The notes: generated from the letters alone by a model not told the origin. 64,000 nt of DNA from Bacteroidales bacterium (GCA_016926205.1 JAFGPB010000099.1:9414-73413), one strand, 5' to 3'. Shown: positions 18,031 through 27,577, counted from the first letter of the stretch. Program-made: numbers and translations.

Positions 18031-18714
18031 ATGGATGAACTGCAAAATATTGATCATCTCTGCAACATATACCAGGAGGAATATCTCACGGAGGATGACC
18101 TGGATGAGTTGAGAGTGAACAGCAATGTCGTGACTTATGAAAAGCCCGAAGTAATTTTGCGCCAGAATACCCGCACGTCCCATATTGCGTATGTGAAATC
18201 CGGACTGGTAAAAGTTTACAAAGAAGGCCACAACAGGCGTAATTTTATTTTAAAGGTGGCCTGTGCAGGTGAGTTTCTGGGCCTTACATCGGTGTACGGA
18301 AACGAATTGCACCAGTATTCCGCTTCTGCTTTGCAGACAAGCGAAATATGTTTCATCGATTTCTTCACATTCAATAAAATTACACAGCGGAACAAGCAGT
18401 ATGCCATGGGTCTGATCAGACTGATTTCTGAAGAGAACCTGTTCATTCTCCACCGGCTCATGGGACAAATCCACAAGCAACTTCCGGGCAGAATAGCCGA
18501 TGTGATTCTGTATTTTTCAGAAACCATCTTTCACAACACCACATTCGAATTTCCTTTAAGCAGGAAAGAACTGGCAGAGCTGGCGGGCACGACGAAAGAA
18601 AGCTTCATCAGAACGCTTGCTGAATTTAAACATGATAAAATTATACATGTGGAGGGATCAAAAGTTCATATAAACAGTTTAAAAATCATTCATACTTTAA
18701 GCAAACTGGGTTAA
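18031..18714 (+). CDS. Crp/Fnr-family transcriptional regulator
   Basis: N-terminal cNMP-binding-like beta-barrel and a C-terminal HTH (SRKELAELAGTTKESFIRTLAEFKHDKII). Confidence 0.85.
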   Translation: MDELQNIDHLCNIYQEEYLTEDDLDELRVNSNVVTYEKPEVILRQNTRTSHIAYVKSGLVKVYKEGHNRRNFILKVACAGEFLGLTSVYGNELHQYSASALQTSEICFIDFFTFNKITQRNKQYAMGLIRLISEENLFILHRLMGQIHKQLPGRIADVILYFSETIFHNTTFEFPLSRKELAELAGTTKESFIRTLAEFKHDKIIHVEGSKVHINSLKIIHTLSKLG

Positions 18715-18794
18715 TTTAGCAAACCGGTCGAGTTTCCATATGATCATCCTGACCAGAACTGAATTTCTTTCAGAAAGCATAACAAACAGCGTAC

Positions 18795-19178
18795 ATGAAG
18801 ATAATCATTGCTGATGATGAATTTGCCAACAGGCTGCTGATCTCTGAGATCGTCCGGGATCTGGGGCATGAACTCATTGAGGTTGAAAACGGTGAACAGG
18901 TAGTCAGCATTTTGGAGCAGTACAGTGACGTTGACCTGATCCTGATGGATATTGAAATGCCTGTGATGAACGGAATGGAGGCCGCAAGACAAATACGGAA
19001 GAGATTCCTGTATCCCAAGAATCAGATACCGATCGTGGCGATCACCGGGCACAATCAGGGTGTTTTTCCTGAAGATTGCCTTCACATCGGCTTTGATTGT
19101 TTTCTCACCAAGCCATACTCCATTGACAAATTTACACAACTACTGGAAAGCTATTCCAGGAATGGCAGAAATATCTGA
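18795..19178 (+). CDS. Single-domain response regulator (REC only)
   Basis: MKIIIADDEFANRLL...DLILMDIEMPVMNGMEA...VAITGH...FLTKPY. Confidence 0.85.
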   Translation: MKIIIADDEFANRLLISEIVRDLGHELIEVENGEQVVSILEQYSDVDLILMDIEMPVMNGMEAARQIRKRFLYPKNQIPIVAITGHNQGVFPEDCLHIGFDCFLTKPYSIDKFTQLLESYSRNGRNI

Positions 19179-19185
19179 ATTAAGT

Positions 19186-19650
19186 TCATTTACAAATCAG
19201 CGATGCAATTTTCTCCAGAAAAAACGCATCGGTGTTGTCGAAACAGGATTTTTTTCTGCTGTCGATGTCCAGTACACCAATAATGTTCCCGTCTTTTCCT
19301 GAAAAAGGCACTGCAATTTCAGACTTTGACCTCGGATCGCAGGCTATATGCCCCGGAAATTCATTTACATCATTCACAACAACGGTTTTTTTCTGCTGTA
19401 TGCTGGTCCAGCAGACACCTTTGTACTTCTCCAGCATAAGACAGGCCAAGGGTCCCTGATAAGGTCCGACGATCAGCATTTCTTTCTGCAATAGGTAGAA
19501 ACCTACCCAGTAAAAATCCTGCATTTTATGGTATAGTACGGCATTGATCGTAGCCATTCGGGCAAGTACATCATGAACGGGTTCAAGGAGAGGTTCAATC
19601 TGGTTTATGATCCGCTTGTAACGGGCAGTTTTAAGGTCTGACATCATCAT
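19186..19650 (-). CDS. GAF-domain protein, free methionine-(R)-sulfoxide reductase (YebR/MsrC) family
   Basis: FYWVGFYLL....LIVGPYQG.LAC..L...KGVCW........VVNDVNEFPGHIACD..SKSEIAVP is the fRMsr pattern. The ORF is open to TTG 19671; the ATG triplet at 19644-19650 is the more likely start. Confidence 0.8.
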   Translation of the reverse strand: MMMSDLKTARYKRIINQIEPLLEPVHDVLARMATINAVLYHKMQDFYWVGFYLLQKEMLIVGPYQGPLACLMLEKYKGVCWTSIQQKKTVVVNDVNEFPGHIACDPRSKSEIAVPFSGKDGNIIGVLDIDSRKKSCFDNTDAFFLEKIASLICK

Positions 19651-19821
19651 CTTTGAATGTTTTACCGACAAATATAGAGTGTTACTTTAAATGAATAAAT
19701 TTATATACATTTGCTGAGCGTATAACTGTGTAATTTTAAATAGCTGGATCTGGTGTATGGCCTGACGTTCGTCAGGAATCCGTATGCCTTATCTTTGCGC
19801 CTGTTTCAAAACCGCTGTGCA

Positions 19822-21261
19822 ATGCAAAGGTTACGGACAATTATAGTTTTGTTGTTATTTCCGATTGCCGTTTCAGCCCATCCCTGGAAACCGAAATACT
19901 ATGTAATGGTTGATACGGATTGCGGTTTTGATGATTTGCGGGCTTTGTGTCTGATGCTTGCGTCGCCTGAGATCAGGATACTTTCCATAACCACGTCAAA
20001 CGGTGTGCTGGATGCCGCGACCGGTTACCACAAGGTAAAGTCCCTGCTGCACGATCTGCATCATGAAGGTCTGCTGGTGGGTGCAAATTGTGATACGCTT
20101 GTCAAACCTGCATACTGCCAGCCGGCAGCCAATCTTCAATGGGGCGCGGCCGTTTCTCTTTCCGAAGAAATTCCATCAGCCCTCGAAGTTGTGGAATTTG
20201 TCCTCAACAACATCAGTGAACCCGTTGTGTTTATAAGTCTTGGCAGTCTCAATACTGCCGCAATGTGCATGGAACGATGCAGCTCTTTTGAACAACGGAT
20301 CGACAGGATTTACTGGAGCAGCGGAAGCGATCTCACATTTGAAAACTTCAATTACAGTCTGGATACAGGTTCAGTAGCTAAGATATCCGGAGTCAATACG
20401 GAGGTTTACCAGATCAATGGTGAAACCAATGGAATCAGTTATACCGAATCCTTGACTGATCAGATATGCAGGACCGGCGGACTGCATGCCGCGAAAATCT
20501 GCTCCAGCACAAAACAATCTGATGCACTTAATTCGCAGTTGTTTTTCGATGAAATAATACCCTTGTTTCTGCATTTTCCCGAATTGTTCAGGCACGATAC
20601 AGAAGGTCCTTTCTCGAGGTACACGATAAACTCAGATGTCACATCTGATCAAATAACAACTGGCTGTAAAAAAATTCTGGGAGGTGAAACGGTGAATCAG
20701 AATCAGGTCTTTGATGCATTTCCCATGGATACGGCAACCTATTTTACTGATGTTCAGAAAGACATGAATCAGACAATTGCAATTTACGGTAAGGAGGAGT
20801 GGATTGCTCAGACCATTACTGCAGAATTGCACCGTCATCTGGGTGTGTATGCCGTCATTGGTGTTAAGATGGGGATCAGGGCAAAAGAATATTTCGGTGC
20901 AGGGACTGATGAAATGAGCGTTGTATCCTATGCAGGAAACACTACACCAACCAGCTGTCTGAATGACGGTATACAGGTCAGCACGGGAGCTACACTGGGT
21001 CACGGTCTCATTCATGTTGCCGAGGATCATTCCACCCTTCCAACTGCCGAATTTACCTACATGAACCGGAAGATCATCCTTTCACTTAAGGAGGAATACA
21101 GGAAGAAGGTTGAGCAGGAAATCAGGGAATACAACAGGATATACGGTCTCAGCAGCGATATATACTGGGAACTGGTGAGGAATGCAGCCATCAGATGCTG
21201 GATGAACTGGGACCGGAACGAAATTTTTGATATTCAGGGTACAACGGATATGATTTTTTAG
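19822..21261 (+). CDS. Exported fusion protein: nucleoside-hydrolase-like domain + FmdE/FwdE-like domain
   Basis: Signal peptide MQRLRTIIVLLLFPIAVSA. Aspartate cluster VMVDTDCGFDDLRAL (compare the IU-nucleoside hydrolase DTDPGIDD). The C-terminal HLGVYAVIGVKMGIRAKEYFG...SCLNDGIQVSTGATLGHG matches the FmdE N-terminal fold motif. The ORF is open from GTG 19753. Confidence 0.7.
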   Translation: MQRLRTIIVLLLFPIAVSAHPWKPKYYVMVDTDCGFDDLRALCLMLASPEIRILSITTSNGVLDAATGYHKVKSLLHDLHHEGLLVGANCDTLVKPAYCQPAANLQWGAAVSLSEEIPSALEVVEFVLNNISEPVVFISLGSLNTAAMCMERCSSFEQRIDRIYWSSGSDLTFENFNYSLDTGSVAKISGVNTEVYQINGETNGISYTESLTDQICRTGGLHAAKICSSTKQSDALNSQLFFDEIIPLFLHFPELFRHDTEGPFSRYTINSDVTSDQITTGCKKILGGETVNQNQVFDAFPMDTATYFTDVQKDMNQTIAIYGKEEWIAQTITAELHRHLGVYAVIGVKMGIRAKEYFGAGTDEMSVVSYAGNTTPTSCLNDGIQVSTGATLGHGLIHVAEDHSTLPTAEFTYMNRKIILSLKEEYRKKVEQEIREYNRIYGLSSDIYWELVRNAAIRCWMNWDRNEIFDIQGTTDMIF

Positions 21262-21337
21262 TCACCGGTATCTATGATCTTCATGTAAAAAAAAATAATA
21301 TGCGCCATATTGGCATTTTTTTTGTAACTTTTTTTTA

Positions 21338-21345
21338 TAAATTTG
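21338..21345 (+). promoter_or_regulatory. Candidate -7 box (TAAATTTG) ahead of the PstS-like/TPR/exbBD/tonB gene string
   Basis: Exact TAnnTTTG match, 49 nt upstream of ATG 21394, within an AT-rich spacer. Confidence 0.35.
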
Positions 21346-21393
21346 CTCCTCTTTCCAGGGACAAAGATATATTGAACTGATTTATAGTCATTA

Positions 21394-21618
21394 ATGAGAA
21401 AGAGAAATGTTGGAAGCCTGTTCATGGGCATATTCGGTTACTCGGTTGCCGTTTTGTTTGTGGTGTTGGGATTGTACCTGATATTTACCAAAAGTCTGGA
21501 CAACATTCAACCGGAAATGAGAACAATCCTCGGGATTATTCTTTTGCTGTACGGAGTATTCAGATCGGTAATTAATTATCAGAAACTGAGAGAAGCCAGA
21601 TATGAAGAAGATGAATAA
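21394..21618 (+). CDS. Small two-TM membrane protein
   Basis: 74 aa with two hydrophobic helices. Its end overlaps the next gene by 17 nt. No family recognised. Confidence 0.5.
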   Translation: MRKRNVGSLFMGIFGYSVAVLFVVLGLYLIFTKSLDNIQPEMRTILGIILLLYGVFRSVINYQKLREARYEEDE

Positions 21619-22555
21619 AATATTGCTGTTGTTCATGATTGCCCTTATAACCGGTTGTATTTCATGCAAATCAGCGGTTTCCAGGATGGGAACGGATGAA
21701 AGACCGACAAGGGGTAACATCAGGATCGGTGTTGATGAATCCTACCGGCTGCTTGCAAAAGCGGAAATTGATGCCTTTGAAGCGATATATACAAATGCAG
21801 AGATTGATCCGGTTTATGCTTCGGAAGACAGCATACTCAATTTGTTCCTGAACGATTCCGTCAGACTGATGGTCACGAGCCGTCCGCTTACCGAAAATGA
21901 AATTGCCTATCTGAGACAGGACCTGATCATCGCAAGAACAACGAAAATAGCTTATGACGCAATTGCTTTTGTGGTCAACAGGGACAATCCGGACAGCCGG
22001 ATCAGGTATAATGACTTGCGGGATATTTTCCTGGGCAGGATCAGTTCCTGGAAGCAAATGAATCCTGAGTCCCCGCTGAACAAAATAAAAGTTGTTTTTG
22101 ATGAAGCAGGTTCCGGCAATGTCAGGACCATCATGAATAAGTTTGATATCGACAGCCTGCCTGCATATTGTTATGTTACAGGTTCCCATCCGTCGGTAAT
22201 CGACTATGTCGAGAATGATCCCGGATCCATGGGCATTATCGGCGTGAACTGGATCAGCGATGCGGATGATTCAATCACCCATTCCTTTTTAAACCGCGTG
22301 AAAGTGATGGGTATTACATCTGAATATTTTTCAGATTCAAATGAATATTATCAGCCTCATCCGGCCTATATTGCGGATGAATCCTACCCGTTTATCCGGG
22401 AAGTATACATGATCAGCTGTGAGACATTTGCAGGACTGGGGGGCGGATTTATAGCTTTTGTAGCCGGTGATACGGGGCAGCGTATTCTGTTAAAAATGGG
22501 TATGGTGCCTGCAACAATCCCGGTGAGACTTGTGCAAATTACTAATGAATATTAA
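21602..22555 (+). CDS. PstS-family (type-2 periplasmic binding fold) lipoprotein, not linked to pstCAB
   Basis: Lipobox LITGC. The IRIGVDESY...AFVVNRDNP....L....IF.G.I..W...........V......SGN... pattern resembles phosphate-binding PBP-like proteins. Confidence 0.65.
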   Translation: MKKMNKILLLFMIALITGCISCKSAVSRMGTDERPTRGNIRIGVDESYRLLAKAEIDAFEAIYTNAEIDPVYASEDSILNLFLNDSVRLMVTSRPLTENEIAYLRQDLIIARTTKIAYDAIAFVVNRDNPDSRIRYNDLRDIFLGRISSWKQMNPESPLNKIKVVFDEAGSGNVRTIMNKFDIDSLPAYCYVTGSHPSVIDYVENDPGSMGIIGVNWISDADDSITHSFLNRVKVMGITSEYFSDSNEYYQPHPAYIADESYPFIREVYMISCETFAGLGGGFIAFVAGDTGQRILLKMGMVPATIPVRLVQITNEY

Positions 22556-22572
22556 TAAATAAACTAATAAAG

Positions 22573-24375
22573 ATGAGATCGATAACAACTGCTCTATCAT
22601 GCCTTTTAGCACTTCATGCCTTTGGCCAGCAGGATTTTGATTATGCGCAGAAACTTGTGGAAAGTGAGCAATATGAAGCTGCAGAAGAGGTGTTTGCAGG
22701 TTTGCTGGAAAAGGATCCGGCAAACGGTGATTTATACTATTATTATGGAGAGGCACTGCTTAAGGACTACCTGTCAGATACACTGGCAAATTCTCTTCCG
22801 GAATTTGCAGGCAATGCGGAAGAACTCTTCCAGGAGGGACTTAAACGGGATGCCGGCAATCCGTTGAACCTTGTCGGTGTCGGAGCCGTAATTCTGTTGC
22901 GTACGAACGATACGACCCAGGCACAGCCTTATTTCGACAAGGCTGAGGCTTCAATTCCCACAAAAAAGAGACAAATTACATCCGAACATGCCGTGCTTCT
23001 CTCAGAAATGGCTGAAGCCCAGTTGTACAGCAAAATAATCAATTATCCAAGGATCATCTATTATACTGACAAAGCCAGGGAAATCAGTCCTGAGGATCCA
23101 CACATATATTTAATCCTGGGGGAAATGTATATTACACAGAACGATGCCTCCAACGCATTGTCCAATTACAACAGGGCCAATTATTTCAATCCCGACTGGC
23201 CGGTTCCCAAAATAAAGATCGGTGACATTTATATGCGCATACCCAATCTGAATGCTGCACGGCCATACTTTGAAGAAGCCAGGGATATCGATTCAACTTT
23301 TGCCCCGGTCTATCGGAGTCTGGGAGAGCTTTACTACAAGGCAGGCATGTACGATCTTTCAAATCAGATGTTTGAAAAGTTCATGATGTTGTCGGGATAT
23401 ACAACACCCTCCAAGCTTCAATATGCCAATTCATTGTTCAAGGCCGGTGATCATGAAGGGGCCCTGGAGGTTTACGAGGATATTCTGAAAGTGGACAAGT
23501 CCCGCAATTACATCTATCGAGTGGCCGCGTATTCATGTTACGAGGTCAGACCGCAGCAACTTGAGAAAGGATTGGATTTCATAGAGACATTCCTGAAAAA
23601 TGAAGATCCGGAAAATGTCATTTCAAGGGATTATGCTTACTACGGAAGGATCCTATACAGGATGGCCGATTACAGTGATTCTGCATTGCTTGCCCGATCG
23701 TTCACACAGTTCATGAAAGCATATGAACTGGATTCCACAAACGTGAGCCTTGTCACAGAACTGGCCCTTGACTTTTACAATGCCCGGTGGTATGAGGGTG
23801 CAATCCGGATGTACCAGAGAAAGGCCGAACTCAGAAACGGAGAGGAAAGTTTTGAAGACATCATGAGGATTGGAAGATCTTATTACAACCTGAAAATGAC
23901 GGCTGAAGCGGATTCTGTATTCAGCAAATGCATCGGGTTGCAGCCTGACAATATTGAGGCCTATATGTTTCTGGCAAGGACTTATGCCCTGATGGACCCA
24001 GGAACCGTTAAAGGGTTGGCAGCACCTAAATTCCAGACCGTGATCGACAGGTTCGGCTCGGATGCTGAAAAATACAAAACTCAGCTCTATGAAGCATTTT
24101 CCTACATGGAATTTTACAATCTGCAACAGGGGAATTATACCGCAACCCGGTCCTGGGCTGACAAAATCCTGAACCTGGATCCCCAAAACCGTGATTGGCA
24201 GATTAATGCATTGAGTGCTAAGGCTATCAGCTATTATCGGGTGGATGATTACGTGAATTCACGTGAAATGTACCGGCAGTTGCTCAATTGGAATCCGGGC
24301 AATGCTCCTGAGGTCAGGCAAACCATTGAAGATCTGACGAAGCTGATTAATATGGAAAGAAATTTAAGACAGTAA
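22573..24375 (+). CDS. Large TPR-repeat protein (exported)
   Basis: Signal peptide MRSITTALSCLLALHAFGQ and many TPR-like helical pairs across 600 aa. Confidence 0.8.
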   Translation: MRSITTALSCLLALHAFGQQDFDYAQKLVESEQYEAAEEVFAGLLEKDPANGDLYYYYGEALLKDYLSDTLANSLPEFAGNAEELFQEGLKRDAGNPLNLVGVGAVILLRTNDTTQAQPYFDKAEASIPTKKRQITSEHAVLLSEMAEAQLYSKIINYPRIIYYTDKAREISPEDPHIYLILGEMYITQNDASNALSNYNRANYFNPDWPVPKIKIGDIYMRIPNLNAARPYFEEARDIDSTFAPVYRSLGELYYKAGMYDLSNQMFEKFMMLSGYTTPSKLQYANSLFKAGDHEGALEVYEDILKVDKSRNYIYRVAAYSCYEVRPQQLEKGLDFIETFLKNEDPENVISRDYAYYGRILYRMADYSDSALLARSFTQFMKAYELDSTNVSLVTELALDFYNARWYEGAIRMYQRKAELRNGEESFEDIMRIGRSYYNLKMTAEADSVFSKCIGLQPDNIEAYMFLARTYALMDPGTVKGLAAPKFQTVIDRFGSDAEKYKTQLYEAFSYMEFYNLQQGNYTATRSWADKILNLDPQNRDWQINALSAKAISYYRVDDYVNSREMYRQLLNWNPGNAPEVRQTIEDLTKLINMERNLRQ

Positions 24376-24521
24376 AACTGTTATTAATCATTTACATCTG
24401 AATATAAGCTTAAACATCTAAATTTTGTTTTTTTCATTTCAGGAATTTATTGTTTTAAAAAAATTACTTTCTTTGTAGGCGGAAATTATATTAATTATTA
24501 TACACTTAAATAAACTTGAAC

Positions 24522-25322
24522 ATGAAAACTTTTTTAGAAGCATTAAGATCGATTTTTGTGATAGCGATCCTTGTACTGGCATTGTTAGCTGGTTACCTGA
24601 TCTGGTCAAAAGTCATGGGAAATCCGGCCAATTTTGAGGGTGGCAATCCGGAAGGTGCGGCTTTGCAGGGAAATTATCTGGGTATCGTCTATAAAGGAGG
24701 GTTCGTAGTACCCGTTCTTATTGCTGTAAACCTGATCGTAATTACCTTTGTGATTGAAAGGTTCATTATGCTTTCAATTGCAAGTGGCCGCGGAAGTCTT
24801 GCAAAGTTTGTTCGCAAATTTCAGAATCTTCTGAATGAAGACAAAATTGAAGAAGCATCCGCACTTTGCGACAAGCAGAGAAGCTCACTGGCCAATGTTA
24901 TGAAAGCCGCTCTGGATAGATACAGGGAACTTCAGAATGACAAAACACTGGAGAACGATCAGAAAGTCGTTTCTTTGCAGAAACATCTCGAAGAAGCAAC
25001 TGCTCTTGAATTGCCCGTGCTTTCAAGGAACATTCCGGTGATCGCCACCATTGTTTCGGCATCAGTGCTTATCGGATTGTTCGGTACTGTGCTGGGTATG
25101 ATCCGCGCATTCGGCGCACTGGCCACAGCAGGTGCTCCCGACGCACTGGCCTTGTCAGAAGGCATCTCCGAAGCACTCGTAAATACCGCTTTCGGTATTC
25201 TGGGATCAGTTCTCGCCCTGATATTCTACAATGTTTTCACAACGAAAATTGACAACATGACCTATAAGATCGATGAGGCTGGTTTCAGTCTGGTACAAAC
25301 ATTTTCTGCTTCGCTTAAATAG
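24522..25322 (+). CDS. exbB: MotA/TolQ/ExbB proton-channel protein
   Basis: Three TM helices and a C-terminal GISEALVNTAFGILGSVLALIFYN. The ORF is open from TTG 24516; ATG at 24522. Confidence 0.9.
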   Translation: MKTFLEALRSIFVIAILVLALLAGYLIWSKVMGNPANFEGGNPEGAALQGNYLGIVYKGGFVVPVLIAVNLIVITFVIERFIMLSIASGRGSLAKFVRKFQNLLNEDKIEEASALCDKQRSSLANVMKAALDRYRELQNDKTLENDQKVVSLQKHLEEATALELPVLSRNIPVIATIVSASVLIGLFGTVLGMIRAFGALATAGAPDALALSEGISEALVNTAFGILGSVLALIFYNVFTTKIDNMTYKIDEAGFSLVQTFSASLK

Positions 25323-25391
25323 GATGATCTTGTTGAGGAGATAAAAACATAAGACAACAAATTGGTTTAAAAAATATTAAAAGAGAAAAAC

Positions 25392-26036
25392 ATGGCAAAA
25401 ATTAAAATGCGTAAATCGGCACCAAGGATCGATATGACTCCTATGGTGGACGTGTTTTTTCTCCTGCTTACATTTTTATTGCTGACGGCGCAGTTCAGGA
25501 AACAGGAATCGGTAACCGTTGACACACCCGGATCGATTTCTGAGACTCCTGCTCCTGAAGGTAAAGTGATGACAATTTCCATCAATTCGGAAGATATGGT
25601 GTTTTTCAATATGGATAACGGGGGAATGGACACGTCCCTGCACCTGAGAGGTCATCTTCTGAGAGAGATCGGAGAATTTTACGACATTGAATTTACCAGG
25701 GAGGAAATTGAACAGTTTGAGATGCTGGAATCATTTTCACTAAACGTGCAGAATCTGAGAAACTGGATCAATGCAGAGAATATGCAGGAACGGGCGGCGT
25801 ATGACGAGGGTATCCCTATGGATTCCACCAAATCGGCAAGCAATCAGCTTTTTCACTGGATCAGGGCTGCGCGTACCGTCGAACCGAATCTGACAGTCGT
25901 TATAAGGGGAGATAAAGATGCAGATTATGATAGGGTTAAAAGTGTTATTGATGTTATGCAGGATAACAATGTCAGGAAGTTCAATCTGATTACAAATCTT
26001 GAAGCTGTTGAAGTTTCACTTGAAGAAAATCTTTAA
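25392..26036 (+). CDS. exbD: ExbD/TolR biopolymer transport protein
   Basis: IDMTPMVDVFFLLLTFLLL N-terminal anchor and a C-terminal V.IRGDKDADYDRVKSVIDVM. Confidence 0.85.
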   Translation: MAKIKMRKSAPRIDMTPMVDVFFLLLTFLLLTAQFRKQESVTVDTPGSISETPAPEGKVMTISINSEDMVFFNMDNGGMDTSLHLRGHLLREIGEFYDIEFTREEIEQFEMLESFSLNVQNLRNWINAENMQERAAYDEGIPMDSTKSASNQLFHWIRAARTVEPNLTVVIRGDKDADYDRVKSVIDVMQDNNVRKFNLITNLEAVEVSLEENL

Positions 26037-26047
26037 AAAATAGTATT

Positions 26048-26716
26048 ATGGCTGAAATAGCAGAAACCGGCGGGCAACAGCATAAAGGTAAAAAACGGGC
26101 GAAAAAGCACAGTACGCACATCGACATGACGCCAATGGTGGATCTTGCCTGTTTATTGATTACTTTTTTTGTGCTGACGTCTGCTTTTACGAAAGCAAAG
26201 GTTATGGAAATCGTCTATCCTGAAAGGCAGGAAGAAGGCGAGGAGTCAAACGCTCCTCAGATATCCGAGAGAAGGGCATTCCATATTATACTGACAGAAA
26301 ATGACAGGATCCTGTGGTATGCGGGTCGTGCCGATCCTACACGGGAAACATTGCCGACATTATATGAGACTGATTATAGTGCTGATGGTATCAGAAGGAT
26401 CCTTCTGGAGCGCAACAAAAGTCTGTTTACCCAGATTCAGGAAATGGAGGAAGCTGTTCTCGAAGGAAGGCTTGATGTTCCGAGGGACAGTATTAACGCA
26501 ATGAGAAGACAGATGATGACAGACGATGATGTAGGACCTATTGTTCTCATAAAAGCCACGGATGGTGTCAGGTATAAGAATATGGTTGATATTGTTGATG
26601 AAATGGCCATTACAAATATTGCGCGCTATTCAATCGTTGATATCAATGAGGTTGAGAAGGTAATGGTACGTCGCTTTTTTGCCGCTGAATCATCTGGAGC
26701 CGCCAGTAGTAATTAA
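26048..26716 (+). CDS. exbD: ExbD/TolR biopolymer transport protein (second paralog)
   Basis: IDMTPMVDLACLLITFFVL anchor and VLIKATDGVRYKNMVDIVDEM. Confidence 0.85.
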   Translation: MAEIAETGGQQHKGKKRAKKHSTHIDMTPMVDLACLLITFFVLTSAFTKAKVMEIVYPERQEEGEESNAPQISERRAFHIILTENDRILWYAGRADPTRETLPTLYETDYSADGIRRILLERNKSLFTQIQEMEEAVLEGRLDVPRDSINAMRRQMMTDDDVGPIVLIKATDGVRYKNMVDIVDEMAITNIARYSIVDINEVEKVMVRRFFAAESSGAASSN

Positions 26717-26734
26717 CATTAATTGATCTAAATT

Positions 26735-27520
26735 ATGGAGAACAAACCGAAAAAAAAGGAGGTCCTGACATTCGATGATATCGTTTTTGAATTCAGAAAT
26801 AAAACCTACGGTTCATACTGGCTGCGCAAAAGATTTGGGCGCTATGTATTCATAGGATTTATTCTGGCTTTGATTGCGGTTTCATCGGCTGTTGCAGTGC
26901 CTTTTATCAAAGCCTTAACCAGGGAGGATGAGGAAATTGTTTTGGCGGAAGAAAAATCCGTTGTTATGGAGACCATTGATGTCGATGATGATCTGGCACC
27001 TCCGCCTCCTCCACCACCTCCTCCCTCCGCAGCAGAGCAAGCAGTCAGTTATACGGCACCCGTTGTGGTTGATACGGTTACACAGGAAGTACAGCTTGCC
27101 ATTGTGGATGATGTCAGGGAAACGATTACCAATGAACCGGTTCCAGAAGAGATCATTGAGGTTGTCGAGGAAGAGGAGTCTGTGATTATTGAAGAGGAAC
27201 CTGCCTTTGTATTTGTCGAGGAACAGGCAACTTTCCGTGGAGGTGATCTGAATGATTTTCGCACATGGGTACAGGAAAATATCATCTATCCTCCGCTTGC
27301 AATTGAAAACAACATATTTGGACGTGTAACTGTTCAGTTTGCCGTAAACTCACAGGGTCAGGTAGTGGATGTTGTCATCCTTCGTGGAGTTGATCCTTTG
27401 CTGGATCAGGAGACCTCACGCGTGATCCTTTCATCACCGAGATGGCAGCCTGCCAGACAGGGAGGTAGAGCAGTGAAGCAGCAGTTTACAATACCTGTTG
27501 TATTTACGCTTACGGAATAA
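26735..27520 (+). CDS. tonB: TonB-family energy transducer
   Basis: N-terminal TM helix, proline tract APPPPPPPPS, and a C-terminal TonB_C (YPPLAIENNIFGRVTVQFAVNSQGQV.DV.ILRGVDPLLDQE...). Confidence 0.9.
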   Translation: MENKPKKKEVLTFDDIVFEFRNKTYGSYWLRKRFGRYVFIGFILALIAVSSAVAVPFIKALTREDEEIVLAEEKSVVMETIDVDDDLAPPPPPPPPPSAAEQAVSYTAPVVVDTVTQEVQLAIVDDVRETITNEPVPEEIIEVVEEEESVIIEEEPAFVFVEEQATFRGGDLNDFRTWVQENIIYPPLAIENNIFGRVTVQFAVNSQGQVVDVVILRGVDPLLDQETSRVILSSPRWQPARQGGRAVKQQFTIPVVFTLTE

Positions 27521-27545
27521 AAGATATACATTGATTATTTAAAAA

Positions 27546-27575
27546 CTGTCACCCCTATCAGAGTGACAGTTTTTT

Positions 27576-27577
<2 letters not shown>
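27546..27577 (+). terminator. Intrinsic (bidirectional) terminator between convergent tonB and ligA
   Basis: AAAAA-CTGTCAC-cccctatcaga-GTGACAG-TTTTTTTT: a 7-bp perfect stem flanked by an A-tract and a T-tract. The T-tract overlaps the ligA stop codon (27576-27578). Confidence 0.7.

Noticed and set aside
21287-21323. A8 - AATATG cgc CATATT - ggca - T8 element after the nucleoside-hydrolase/FmdE gene, a possible bidirectional terminator
   Set aside because: The stem is only 6 bp, almost all A/T, with a 3-nt loop, and the T-tract is not adjacent to it. This is too weak to call.
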